Assembly: GCF_006345805.1 (NCBI RefSeq)
Contig: NC_043018.1
Location: 8,866,001 to 8,930,000 of the forward strand
DNA: 64,000 bases
DNA from: Octopus sinensis
Taxonomy: Eukaryota
Direction: 5' to 3'
Shown piece after piece: positions 1 through 12,760 of this stretch (the stretch's first letter is position 1; every line of letters starts with the position of its first letter). The position numbers and the translations under genes are program-made. A model generated the notes under the pieces. That model saw nothing but the letters and a program-made list of their open reading frames with translations. It had not been told where the DNA came from and did not search any database.

Positions 1-200
1 GTTGGGGAGACAAACACAGACACACAAACATATACACATACACATACTACATATATACGATGGGCTTCTTTCAGTTTCCGTCTACCAAATCCACTCAAGG
101 CTTTGGTCAGCCCGAGGCTATAGTAGAAGACACTTGCCCAAGGTGCCACGCAGTGGGACTGAACCCGGAACCATGTGGTTGATAAGCAAGCTACTTACCA
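1..200 (-). mobile_element. tRNA-derived SINE family A (CORE-like), cut by window edge
   Basis: Reverse complement of GTGGTAAGTAGCTTG..GGTTCAGTCCC..GGCACCTTGGGCAAGTGTC..GGAAACTGAAAGAAGCCC. Confidence 0.85.
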
Positions 201-682
201 CTGCATTGTTAAACGTGTTTTCTTTTTTAAGTCATGAGATTTTGTTGTTATTTCTTGCAAGGCAAACGACTACGTAAGAGACTCCATCTTTAACTCGTAG
301 AGGCTGTGGTTGACATCACAATCGGGGCATGTTTGACAGAATCGTTAGAGCAGTGTTTATCTCGGCTCTTTACGTTCTCGGTTCAACTCCTACGAGGGTC
401 AACTTTCTATTTCAAACTTTCGGGGTCAACAAAGTAAAGTAAAGGAGTCAACAGTGTCCACTGGCCTTGTGCCCAAATTAGAATCATTATTAAAGGTGAA
501 GGTGGGAAAGGAAGTGCTGCCCTCCTATGAATTTCGTTAAAAGGTGGCTGTCAGGCCAGAAACGAAATACTCTCGAATTATTCTTGTAGACCAGAGAACA
601 TTGTTGGGAATGTACTCCTACTCTTGGTAGTCTGAATGATGATGGATTAGCAGAAATCCTTGATTTGCCTTAAGGAGCTGCC

Positions 683-1088
683 GGATCTTTTCGGTTTGAA
701 CGGCAGTTTTTCTTGCGGTGTCATATGAAATTGTCACCCATAATTATGACCCTAGTATCGATCTATTGCATTTCAATCTCTTTTAGGGTTGGGGGGGTAT
801 CTTTTTTTTCTTCAGAAATGTAAATAAAGTCAATCTGTTTCTTAAACGAGGGACATATTCATACGGCACAGAATGTTTTCAGCCCAATAGACGTCAGTGA
901 TTGGTTGAAATTGCAGAAATTGAAGAAAAAAAACAAAATAACAAATATCTTACAAACTATAGAATTTTCTCTATAAAGCCAAGAGAAAAAGATGTTTTAT
1001 AAACACATTCTACCAGTATACGAAGTTTAAAAGTGTTTAGTTACCTAGAAATTATTTTAAAAAACTGCCGTTCAAACCGAAAAGATCC
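683..1088. mobile_element. Merlin-like MITE (~400 bp), 9-bp TSD
   Basis: TIR GGATCTTTTCGGTTTGAACGGCAGTTTTT and its reverse complement; GGAGCTGCC is duplicated at 674-682 and 1089-1097. Confidence 0.9.
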
Positions 1089-1336
1089 GGAGCTGCCTCC
1101 TATTCGGGGCATCTCATTCTAATTCTATACTGTAACTCTTGCTTTTCGTGTCTGGCTTTCAATTATTAATTCTAAAGTTTAAAAAAAGAAGAAAAAATGC
1201 TTTTTTCTACTTAAAACAAAATGGCTGGCTGGCAGAATCGTTCGAGTTTCGGAAAAATTGTTTAAATTCTGAGTTCAAATCTGGCCAATGCCAACTTTAC
1301 CATTCACCTCCACCCCTGGGTCGATAAAGTTAAAGA

Positions 1337-1736
1337 GGATCTTTTCGGTTTGAACGGCAGATTTTAACACAATTTCTAGTTAACTAAATACTTTTAAACT
1401 TCGTATACTGGTAGAATGTGTTTATGAAACATCTTTTTCTCTTGGCTTTATTGAGAAAATTCTGTAGTTTGTGAGATATTTGTTGCTTTTTTTTCAATTT
1501 CTGCAATATCAACCAATCAATGACGTCTATTGAGGTAAAAAAAAATTCTGTGCCGTATGAATATGTCCCTCGTTTAAGAAACAGATTGGGTTTATTTACA
1601 TTTGTGAAGAAAAAAAGATACCCATCCCCCACCCCTAACCCAGATAGAAATGCAATAGATCGATACTAGGGTCATAATTATGGGTGACAATTTCATATGA
1701 CAACGCTAGAAAAAACTGCCGTTCAAACCGAAAAGA
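1337..1736. mobile_element. Same MITE family, opposite orientation, inserted in a family B SINE
   Basis: Same TIR and interior; the right TIR lacks the terminal TCC; SINE sequence resumes after it. Confidence 0.88.
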
Positions 1737-1883
1737 CAATCTAGTATTGGAATCGATTTAATCTACAAACTACCTCACCTCAAAATTGCTGGCCTTGTAT
1801 CCAGATTAGCCCCTCCCACAAAATTTCAGGCCTTGTGCCTATAGTAGAAAGGACTACTACTACTACTATTGTTGTTGTCATTA

Positions 1884-2339
1884 TTGAGTGAGAGAGCAGC
1901 GGCATGCCATCAAAGGGACACAAGGGTTAGGGTTAAATATACGAAGCCCAGCATACTCATCATAATTACCTGCCTGATAAGGGTACACTAGGCACATACA
2001 TCACAACCATATGTGCGCCACATGGCGATCTCATATCAAGATAAACAGCGCATGACCTGTTAAAATTTTCGTCAGGTCGAGTAACCCATTCCGCTCAAAA
2101 AGGCCCCTGAATAAGGGTTATTTAAGGATGTTGGCCGAAACACCCATGTTTCCAGAGGTGAATTATCCAAACCCAAAAGAATTCCTTTCAACACACGGCT
2201 ATGATGATCCCCCACTACTTCTGCTCGTGATCAGACATGCACATATCGTCATGCAATAAGGGACATGCTCAACTAGTTAAGGTCAAACAACTGACAGGCA
2301 AATCTGTGCTACTGAACAGAATATTTGCTGTAGCCCACC

Positions 2340-2340
<1 letters not shown>
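1884..2340 (-). mobile_element. Interspersed retroposon-like repeat
   Basis: The first ~165 bp recur inverted at about 60110-60270, ending CTCTCTCACTCA followed by an (AAT)n tail. Confidence 0.6.
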
Positions 2341-2385
<45 letters not shown>

Positions 2386-3026
2386 TCTTTGGTCAAATGT
2401 ATAGAGACAGGGTGCTTGGCACCTTGATTGTTGCCGTGTTCACAGCCCTCTGCCTTTCGGCATTCCTTAGGGGATTAATGGTGGGTAAGAGTGACGGGGT
2501 ACTTGGGAAACTGTGGGCATCGAAGGAGATCAAGTGGACGGTTTTTCTGAAAGACTTTTGGGCCAGGGCTAATGGATAACTCCTAGAAATCCCTGGCCTT
2601 GCAGGGCGTCCGTTAGCACTTCCAGTTCCAGAGAAGCTCAACAGGCACGGGAGTGCTGTCAGACGGGCTTGTCCAAGAGTGATGAAACCGTTCTGCAATG
2701 CACTTGTATAGGGCGAATCCGGTTATCGGTTGAGTCCATTAGGAGGATCGTCACGTCTTCCTTCAGTAGGGAAAGGCAAGCAGTTTTACTCTGTCTGGTG
2801 GCCATGGCGACAGAAGTAGTGTGGTGGACGAGGTTGAAAGGATAGAAGATAGATACTATCCTCTTCAACCAAGTCTTCATTGATTTTTTTTTCTTTCAAT
2901 TTACACGTTGAAAGATGGGTGAAAGTGGCGAGAATGGCCCGTATGAATGGGTTGACTCTGACCATGGCCCGTGGGCCGAAGGAGAATTTTATTGTTAATA
3001 GTTATTGTTTTATTGTTTACAAGTTA

Positions 3027-3422
3027 GGCGCAGGAGTGGCTGTGTGGTAAGTAGCTTGTTTACCAACCACATGGTTCAGTCCCACTGCATGGCACCTTGG
3101 GCAAGTGTCTTCTACTATAGCCTCGGGCCGACCAAAGCCTTGTGAGTGGATTTGGTAGACGGAAACTGAAAGAAGCCCGTCGTATATATGTATATATATA
3201 TGTGTGTGCGTGTATGTTTGTGTTTGTCCCCCTAGCATTGCTTGACAACCGATGCTGGTGTGTTTATGTCCCCGTAACTTAGCGGTTCGGCAAAAGAGAA
3301 CCGATAGAATAAGTACTGGGCTTACAAAAGAATAAGTCCCGGGGTCGAGTTGCTCGACTAAAGGCGGTGCTCCAGCATGGCCGCAGTCAAATGACTGAAA
3401 CAAGTAAAAGGGTAAAAGAGTA
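3027..3422 (+). mobile_element. SINE family A, full length
   Basis: A box TGGCTGTGTGG, B-box-like GGTTCAGTCCC, CORE-like CACCTTGGGCAAGT, internal TA/TG microsatellite, GTAAAAGA tail. Confidence 0.9.
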
Positions 3423-3845
3423 AGTGTTTTGTGTCAAATTACACTGTCCGCTGTTTTTATCTCGTCCTTTTTATTCCTATGTGCAACCTTTGTGGCCAGC
3501 AGAGAGAGAGAGAGAATTGTTGTTGTGGTTGTCATCGTCGTGGAATGTCAGAATGTTTTTAGTTGAACCGAATGTCTCGTCGTAGTTCGTTCACTTTACA
3601 TTCTCGATTCAAATTCTGTCATGCATTTCACCCCTTTGTGGTAGACGAAATACTATATGACATGATAAACAACAAGCACAATGGGCAGGTCGTTCACTTA
3701 TTTATGCTCCTCTCCCTTCCAAACCTGAAGTCCTTGGGTCCATTTTACAAAGCGTTCTGGGTTCAAATGACGCTGGACTCAATTACACTTTTCATATTGT
3801 CCAGCGTCTGTCAAATACGTATCAATCAACCACTGGATCGATTAA

Positions 3846-4260
3846 GGCGGCGAGCTGGCAGAATCGTTAGCACGCCGGGCGAAATGCTTAGCGGTATTTC
3901 GTCTGCGTTACGTTGTGAGTTCAAATTCCGCCGAGGTCGACTTTGCCTTTCATCCTTTCGGGGTCGATAAATTAAGCACCAGTTACGCACTGGGGTCGAT
4001 GTAATCGACTTAATACCTATGTCTGTCCTTGTTTGTCCCCTCTGTGTTTAGCCCCTTGTGGGTAATAAAGAAATAGGTATTTTGTCTGCTGCTACGTTCT
4101 ACGTTCAAATTCCGCCGAGTTCGACTTTGCCTTTCATCCTTTCGGGATCGATTAAATAAGTACCAGTTACGTACTGGGGTCGATATAATCGACTTAATCT
4201 GTTTGTGTCATTGTTTGTCCTCTCTGTGTTTAGCTCCTTGTGGGTAGTAAAGAGATATAA
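3846..4260 (+). mobile_element. SINE family B (Meta-domain-like), internally duplicated
   Basis: GGCGGCGAGCTGGCAGAATCG head, GAGTTCAAATTCC B box, and GCCTTTCATCCTTTCGGGGTCGATAAATTAAG central domain present twice. Confidence 0.88.
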
Positions 4261-4540
4261 TCGAGCATACCTAGTGGTGTAGCATGGGCGAGGCCACAAG
4301 TTTGGTTGTCCTAAGTGCAAAATTTCCAAAGAAAAAGTAATAATTATAAATACGATAATAAATATTAAAAAAAATAGCGGGCCTTGGCGCAATCTTAGCC
4401 CTACCCCCGGGCATTGATAACCCATTCTTATGCGACTGAGAATATCTTAAATCCTAATTTGTAAGATTTGGTCGGTGTTACTATCAAGTAACATTTCTTG
4501 AAAGGTGGTCGAGAGTGGCAAACATTGTCCAAATGAATCG

Positions 4541-4921
4541 GTCATCTGACTGTGGCCATGCTGGAGCACCGCCTTTTAGTCGAGCAAATCGAACCCAAGG
4601 ACTTATTCTTTGTAAGCCTAGTACTTATTCTATCGGTCTTTTTTGCCGAACCGCTAAGTTACGGGGACGTAAACACACCAGCATCGGTTGTCAAGCGATG
4701 TTGGGTGTTTAGCCCACAGACACACAAACGTATACACACACACACACACACATATATATATATGCATATATACGACGGGCTTCTTTCAGTTTCCATCTAC
4801 CAAATCTACTCACAAGGCTTTGGTCGGCCTGAGGCTATAGTAGAAGACACTTGCCCAAGGTGCCACGCAGTGGGACTGAACCCGGAACCATGTGGTTGGT
4901 AAGCAAGCTGCTTACCACACA
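4541..4921 (-). mobile_element. SINE family A
   Basis: Reverse-complement match to 3027-3422. Confidence 0.88.
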
Positions 4922-5096
4922 TCCAAAAACTCTTGACCCTTGACAATAAAAGTAATTCGGTAATTGTCGGGTTCCTTAGGGTGTTCCATATCCTTTTATA
5001 CTCGAGGTTTCACCTGTATGGTTTTATCATACTCACCTGTATCTACCTTTCCACTGGTTTTGTAATCCATTCGCATAATGTCTCCCATTAACATTA

Positions 5097-5314
5097 AAGC
5101 GGCGACCTGGCAGAATCGTTAGAACGCCGGGCAAAAATGCTTAGCAGCATTTCATCCGTCTTCACATTCTGAGTTCAAATTCCGCCGAGGTCGACTTTGC
5201 CTTTCATATTTTGTGGGGTCGATAAATTAAGTTCCAGTTACACACTGGGGTTGATGCAATCGGCTAGTCCCGTTCTCCCCCCAAATACAGGCCTTGTGCC
5301 TATAGTAGAAAGGA

Positions 5315-5320
<6 letters not shown>
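5097..5320 (+). mobile_element. SINE family B with (ATT)n tail
   Basis: Same head and central domain as 3846; ends GGCCTTGTGCCTATAGTAGAAAGGATT followed by (ATT)n. Confidence 0.85.
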
Positions 5321-5348
<28 letters not shown>

Positions 5349-5728
5349 CTGCTGTGTTTTAGTGGATGGTTTTATGGCTTGGATGGTTGTTCAAGGTCAC
5401 ATTTTATCATTTCCACTTGAAAGTTCTCCATTCATCCCCAACCCCTTGCAGAAAACAGGGCTCGCTTCTTCAAAAGGGGTTTTTGTCTCTCGTGCAAAAA
5501 AGATTTCGTTCTTTTCCCTAACTCCCACATCCCCCTCGTTTTTCTCCAAAGCCGAAAAGGGCCCACCCACACCATCTTAATACACTGTAACCTTCTTACT
5601 ACAAGGGTCTCTCCCTTATCAAAACAATGTTTTTCTCTCTCTACCTCTCCCTTCTCTTTCTCAGAAATAAAAGGAATTCATGTTTGATAAGTTCCATTGA
5701 AGTAGACTGAAAAATAAAAGGTGTAATC

Positions 5729-5767
<39 letters not shown>

Positions 5768-5972
5768 TGTAAGGATAAGAAGCAGGGGTGATAGTGGAAA
5801 GGGGGTTGGTAGTGAGAAGGTAGTTTTTGTTTACTATTAGTCATCCTGGTATTGGTATGTGGATGTGTGGGAGGCACGGGGTTTCGAAGTGAAAGACACA
5901 CCTTTTTTTTTATTTACCGTATATACTTACACTACGGGTATGTATGTGTGTGTGTGCATATATATATAATAT

Positions 5973-5982
5973 AAAGATCAGT

Positions 5983-6033
<51 letters not shown>

Positions 6034-6040
6034 CAGTGAC

Positions 6041-6073
<33 letters not shown>

Positions 6074-6226
6074 GATATATATATATATATAAAAAAGATC
6101 GTGACTATATATATATTATATATATATTATATATAGATATATATAAAAAGAGCAGTGACTATATAATATATATATATTAAAAAAGTCAGTGACTATATAT
6201 ATATATATATTATATAAGATCAGTGA

Positions 6227-6260
<34 letters not shown>

Positions 6261-6296
6261 ATCAGTGATATATATAATATATATATAAAGATCAGT

Positions 6297-6352
<56 letters not shown>

Positions 6353-6629
6353 AAGATCAGTGACCATATATATATATATATATATATAAAAGATCATGAC
6401 CATATAATATATATATATATTATATAAAGATCAGTGACCTTTATATATATATATATATATAATATATATATATTATATATATATATATTATATAAAGATC
6501 AGTGACTATTATATAATATATATATATATATATAAAAAGATCAGTGACTATATATAATATATATATATATAAAAAGATCAGTGAATATATATTATATATA
6601 ATATATAATATATATATATAAAGATCTCT

Positions 6630-6665
<36 letters not shown>

Positions 6666-6753
6666 ATCTCATGATATTATATATATATATATATATATAT
6701 AAAGATCTCTGACTATATATATATATATATATTATATATATATAAAGATCTCT

Positions 6754-6793
<40 letters not shown>

Positions 6794-6803
6794 ATCAGTG
6801 ACT
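5973..6803. repeat. Compound minisatellite: AAAGATCAGTGAC core plus variable (TA)n, about 19 units
   Basis: The core is read directly and repeatedly between TA runs; the variant AAAGATCTCTGAC is clustered at 6620-6757. Confidence 0.95.
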
Positions 6804-7089
6804 ATACACTATATATATATACATATATATTTACGTGTAAGTATATATGATAAATAATATATATTTATAGTGTGTGTGTGTGTTAGGGCATGTACGTCTG
6901 TGAACCGAAGAAAGCAAGTGATGTAATTGTAACGTAATCCGTGAGTGCTGCAGGTGAGAAAATACCTTTGCACGCGCGCGGTCGTCGTCGTCGTTCACAT
7001 TGCAACTCGTTGGTTCTCCACCGCCATTAAACTACGACGACAACGGGTCCACCACTGCCAGTACTATGGTTACCGCCAGCCGTAACTGT

Positions 7090-7300
7090 TACACAACTCT
7101 CCACCACTTTCGCTACCAGCACCACCACCACCACCACCGCCACCGCCACCGCCGCCGCCGCCGACGCCGCCACTACCACCGCCACCGCCACCACCTCCAC
7201 CGCTACCACCGCTACCACCGCTACTACCACCGCCACTACCACCACCACCACCACCGCCACCGCCACCACCACCACCGCTACTATCCCACACCGCCGCCAC
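7090..7300. repeat. (CCA/CCG/CTA)n trinucleotide tract in a CpG-rich segment
   Basis: Direct reading; it is the source of the poly-His/Arg, poly-Val/Ala and poly-Gly ORFs. Confidence 0.9.
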
Positions 7301-7474
7301 CTTTGTTAATATATTGTAGAGTTGATTAGGAAGGAGCATGGAGGAGGTGGAGGTTTGTTTAATTCAGGCCGACATACAGACAGACAGATCCAGTGAGTTC
7401 ACTCTCGAACAATACCCTCTCTCTACCCGTGGATGGGAAACTGGTCTGAATGAAGTGTAACAACAATGATAATG

Positions 7475-9140
7475 GTTTCAAATTTTGGCACAAGGTCAGC
7501 TATTTCGTGGGAAGGGTGTAAGACGATTACATCGACTCCCTTTGCTCAACTGGTTCTTATTTTGTCGACCCTGAAACGATGAAAGGCAAAGCGAACTCAG
7601 AACACAGCGACGAGCGAAACGTCGCAAAGTATTTCGTCCAGCGCGCTAACGATTGTTTTCTACTCAAGGCACAAGGCCCGAAATTTTGGGGGAGGGGGCC
7701 AGTCGATTAGATCGACTACAGTACGCAACTGGTACTTAATTTATCGACACCGAAAGGATGAAAGGCAAAGTTGACTTCGGCGGAATTTGAACTCAGGACG
7801 TAATGACAGACGAAATACCTATTTCTTTACTGCCCACAAGGGGCTAAACATAGAGGGGACAAACAAGGACAGACAGAAGGATTAAGTCGATTACATCGAC
7901 CTCAGTGCGTAACTGGTACTTCATTTATCGACCCCGAAAGGATGAAAGACAAAGTCGACCTCGGCGGAATTTGAACTCACAAAGTATTTCGTCTGCCGTT
8001 ACGTTGTGAGTTCACATACTGCTAGAGGGGACAAACAAGGACAGATAAATGGATTAAGTCGATGCGCTATGAATTCTGGAGGCCAGGTGGGAGCTTGCTC
8101 AAATTGAGCTCGAGTACAGGTGGGAGGAAAATGAAAAAGGGCTAAGGAACATTTACCAAGAATGTGACAAGATCTTTAGATGAAGGTAACATTCTCCTTT
8201 TCCCTTCAACTAATTACGTGAAAGCGTTACAATTACGTTCACTCTACCCCACGTCATGGACGCTTCTCTCACCCTATTTTTCACTCCCTCTTTTTCTCTA
8301 ATCACGTGAAGGCGTTGCCGACGGGCTAAGTAACGTAATGATAAGCATAATTATTATAACATAATGGTTTCAAATTTTGGCACAAGACCAGCAAGTTCGA
8401 GGAAGGGGGAAAGTCGATTACATCGACCCCAGTGTTCAACTGGTACTTAATTTATCGACTCCGGCGGAATTTGAACTCAGAGCGTGGCGACGAGCGAAAT
8501 CCTATTTCTTTACTGCCCACAAGGGGCTACACACAGAGGGGACAAACAAGGACAGATAAACGGATTGTCGATTACATCGACCCCAGTGCGTAACTGGTAC
8601 TTAATTATCGACTCCGGCGGATTTGAACTCAGAGCGTGGCGACGAGCGAAATCCTATTTCTTTACTGCCCACAAGGGGCTACACACAGAGGGGACAAACA
8701 AGGACAGATAAACGGATTGTCGATTACATCGACCCCAGTGCGTAACTGGTACTTAATTTATCGACCCCGAAAGGCAAAGTCGACCTCGGCGAAATTTGAA
8801 CTCTGAACGTAACGGCAGACGAAAAACGGCTACGCATTTCGCCCGGCGTGCTAACAGTTCTGCCAGCTCGCTGCCTTTTTAATAATAATAATAATAATAA
8901 TCTTTTCTACTATAGGCGCAAGGCCTGAAATTTGTGGGGAAGGGACTGGTCGAATACACCGACTCCAGTGTTTCACTGGTACTTAATTTATTGATCCCGA
9001 AAGGATGAAAGGCAAAGTCGACCTCGGCGGAATTTGAACTCAGAGCGAAGCGATGGGCGAAATACCCATTTCTTTACTACTCATAAGGGGCCGAACACAG
9101 AGAGGACAAACAAGGACAGACAAACGAATTAAGTCGATTA
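7475..9140 (-). mobile_element. Cluster of family B SINE copies with internal tandem duplications
   Basis: Repeated GAAAGGCAAAGTCGACCTCGGCGGAATTTGAACTC and ACTGGTACTTAATTTATCGAC; a ~158-bp unit is duplicated within 8420-8765. Confidence 0.85.
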
Positions 9141-9189
9141 ATAGTAAGAAGAAAAAGAAATGGTTACGAATCTTTAAAGAATAGAAATT

Positions 9190-10100
9190 TTTGCTTATTT
9201 TAGCCGATCAAAACTACATCTGTAGAGAAGAGTTTCTGTTTTTTTTTAATCGGGTACAGCGGATGAAATGGAAAAGATTCGAAAATCTGGATCGGTTGGT
9301 TGATGTTGAAATAATATATATATTTTTAACATGTTTTACTAACGACTGAGTTTTCTTGAGACAGTAGGCTTTGACCTGTTTACCAAATGTGAATATACAC
9401 ACTTTCTGCTGATTCTAAATGGTTCGGAAGTTCCGAACAAGCCTTAGATAAGTGAGGCAGTGAGTGGCAAACACAATCTTGTATGATAAAAGATGAGACT
9501 TTCTCGAGTGGCATCCAAAAGTCGGAAGAGGCCACTCGGAAGACCTTCATTGCGATGGGATGACGACATAGTCCAACTGGAAGAGAAGGGTGCAAGAATG
9601 AAAAGATCGGAAACACTTCATGTCTAATAATGCAGAGGACATGTGATAGTTCGGTCGATAACAAGAAAATTTGAGCTCCACCTTGTTGTGACCCGTCATA
9701 ACACTAATCTTATCAGTTACGAAGTAGGTAAGATATATATTAAGTGAAATAGCTAATTGTTGTTTGAAGAACGATTCAACGAAATTGTAAATTTTCTGAG
9801 CAGTGTAGCCTTTAATCTCTGAAGGAGTCACATAGTTATCTAACTTTTCTTCCGGTAATCATAATACCTAGATAACAGGACATGTTTAAATGTTGTAGAC
9901 ATGTATGTTGTTACATCAAGAGGAAATTTTGTTCCCCTCAACTGAGAAATAAGGCCGTCAGAAATAAGCAGCACCAACATTATCTAAAAATCTACCAATT
10001 TCCTTTGGTTTTTCACTCATTTCATGTCTTTTGCAATTTTATGATCGGAGCCGACATTCCTAACGAAGCCAATGTTCTCCAATGAAGGCGCACGTTTTCA
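9190..10100 (-). pseudogene. Decayed hAT-type transposase
   Basis: Frameshifted fragments in hAT catalytic-domain order: DHKIAKDMK; LISQLRGTKF..DVTT; GYTAQKIYNFVESFF..FVTDKISVMTGHN (TDGAxxMxG-like); CVCHSL..SKACSELPNHLE (CxxH). Confidence 0.7.
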
Positions 10101-11158
10101 GTTCTCATCCAGCTGCTGGTCGGGGAGAGGAAGAGGGACGGCCATGTAATACAAATAAGTCACTTATTTAGATGTTTGTTATCCGAAGTTAATGAGAGAT
10201 TTTTAAATGCTTTTCTGGTTTGCCATGACTTTCTAACTGTATATTTACATACTTTGTACAGAGATAAATTTTACTTTCTTTTATTTTTACCAATCAATCC
10301 AAGAAGCAAATCTTGAATCTTGTAATAATTTTGCTGATAAAATAGGGGTCCATACTGCTAAGCGCTTTATAGGTGTGAAACCAACGGTCACTCTATGACC
10401 GGCAATAACTTCCTAAAAATACATCACTTACTCTAATGCTTTAGAGTGCGCTTTTTTTCGGACACACACACACACACACCACACACACACACACACATAT
10501 ATGTATATATATTTATAGGTTGAAAACATATAATAAATGCACAACCGAACGGAAAACAGACATAGAAGGTCACCAACTTCTCATCAGTTATCGACCAGAG
10601 TGTCGAACGCAATTTCGCACCTTTAACGATAATATTCATTCCCTTCTGGTGGTGCCGGCACAAGAAGCTGCCGTGAAGTGGGACCAAAGACATAACAGGA
10701 CGAGAAGGAACAAACAATAAATGAATAAACAAAGCACACACGCGTACACACACAAGCGAAATTATTTACCATGTTTTCTACCCTGATTTAATGATTTTAA
10801 ATATTTTGGGGTATAAAAATAATATTTAAAAATAGTTTTAGCTAAATCGCTCAAACGTAGAAAAAGGAAAATTTCTCAAAATCGTAAATTTTTGGAATGT
10901 CGTACAAAAAAATATATAAAGAATAGAAAGTACCACATCTGTTACGAACGAAATCAACATCGTCTCTTTGGCAGTTTCACTTTCCTACATTACCCTAATT
11001 CTCGTGTTAGATGACACCGCATTTAGGGTGGTTTCATGTTGTGTAGAAACCGGGTGACTGCGATGAATTTTTGTGAGTAGCCAGGTTTGGTTAGCATTTT
11101 TCACAGAGCTTCATCATTTATTGAATCAGATGTCCTGATAAGGTCAAAGAAAGCCATG

Positions 11159-11570
11159 GGATCTTTTCGGTTTGACCGGCAGTTTTTTTAAATAATTTCC
11201 ACGTAACTAAACACTTTTAAACTTCGTATACTGGTAGAATGTGTTTATAAAGCATCTTTTTCTCTTGGCTTTATTGAGAAAATTCTATAGTTTGTAAGAT
11301 ATTTGTTGTTTTTTTTCTTCAATTTCTGCAATTTCAACCAATCAATGACGTACATTGAGGTGAAAACATTCTGTGTCGTATGAATATGTCCCTCGTTTAA
11401 GAAACAGATTGGGTTTATTTACATTTCTGAAGAAAAAAGGATGCCCTTCCCCCCACCCCTAACCCTAAAACAGATTGAAATGCAAAAGATCGATACTAGG
11501 GTTATAATTATGGGTGACAATTTCATATGACACCGCTAGAAAAAAACTGCCGTTCAAACCGAAAAGATCC
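11159..11570. mobile_element. Merlin-like MITE
   Basis: Both TIRs are present; the interior matches 683-1088; no TSD visible. Confidence 0.9.
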
Positions 11571-12663
11571 ATTTCACTGAACCAACTCCCTAATATAACT
11601 CGTGGGTTTCTTTTATCGATTTTATCGATCTTCGACTGGAATTGATTTTTAACAATGAGTAGAATGCTTAGACGGGATGCGTTAGGTCTGTGCGACACGG
11701 TTCCTGTCCCAGTAACAAACAGTATATTGAGATGTCTATAAGAAATGGAGAAGAGAGAGTTTGTTTGGTTAGGGAGGATGGAGGCGAGTGACTGTTGGGT
11801 GTGATAAAACAACCCTTTAAAATGTTTACAGCTCGACCCGAGCCCCCACCCCCGGCATCTCTCCCTCCGTTTGCGTATGTGTGAGAGAGAGAAAGAGAGA
11901 TATATCAGTCAGTGTATCTAAATTTCTATCTCGGTTTTTCCGAAACTGGATTGTCTGTCACTCTATGTATTTTATGTATGTGTTAAAAGGGGCGTATAGA
12001 CTTTGTCCCGTGTTTTAATGCGTATAAATATAAATTTTGTTGTATATCCGTCAGGTTGGCGACAATATCCTTTGCAAGTGAGACAGTAGTATCGTATGTC
12101 ATTTTTCCTTTGCAGGTTTGGCTGCCTGTATTTATTGATAAAGAGACGAAGGGAACTGGAAACGCGAATGTCCGTGTGTGTGTGTGTTAATGTCTGTGTG
12201 TGGTCTGTGCTTGCATGTTTGCACAATTGGGGGGGGGGGGAATGTGTGTGTGAAGTTAAGAGCGGGGCGAGTTTGCATGGGACTAGAAATATGAATGCGT
12301 AGAAAAATTTAGGTTAAATGGCAACTTGAGGATTTCCGTGACTTGTTTTATGCATGTATATTTATAAATGTGTATTTACGTATGTATATGTGGTGATATA
12401 TGTTCGTATGCATGACATAAAGCGTATAGACGTTCGCGGGGGGACCCTGATACACAGATACGTAACTGTGTCTATATACACTAATCTTTTTAATGTTTAG
12501 GAATACCAGGCTATTTTATTTTTATTGTTGTTGTTCTGTTGTTTATATCTGGTGCTGCTTCACTTTAATTCGCTAAATGCCAATGAGAAACGAGTGCACG
12601 TCACAACCTCTCACTTTTCTTTATAATCTTCAAAATTCACGACTCGTACACGGCGTATAGACT

Positions 12664-12760
12664 GGCTCTTTTCCTTTTGAACGGCACTTTTCAACACAAT
12701 TTCTAGTTAACTAAACACTTTTAAACTTCGTATACTGGTAGAATGTGTCAAAAAAGATCC
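12664..12760. mobile_element. 97-bp internally deleted Merlin-like element, 8-bp TSD
   Basis: GGCTCTTTTCC...AAAAGATCC flanked by TATAGACT at 12656-12663 and 12761-12768. Confidence 0.85.

Noticed and set aside
3017-3403. Recurrent ORF peptides such as LSVSVYQIHSQGFGRPEAIVEDTCPRCH and RLWSARGYSRRHLPKVP
   Set aside because: They are translations of the family A SINE consensus, repeated wherever the SINE occurs.
5973-6803. CRISPR-like repeat-spacer appearance
   Set aside because: The core is only 13 bp, the spacers are pure (TA)n rather than unique, there are no cas genes, and the context is eukaryotic.
7000-7339. His/Arg-rich, Val/Ala-rich and Gly-rich ORFs
   Set aside because: They are alternative frames of one trinucleotide tract, with no domain and no supported splice structure.
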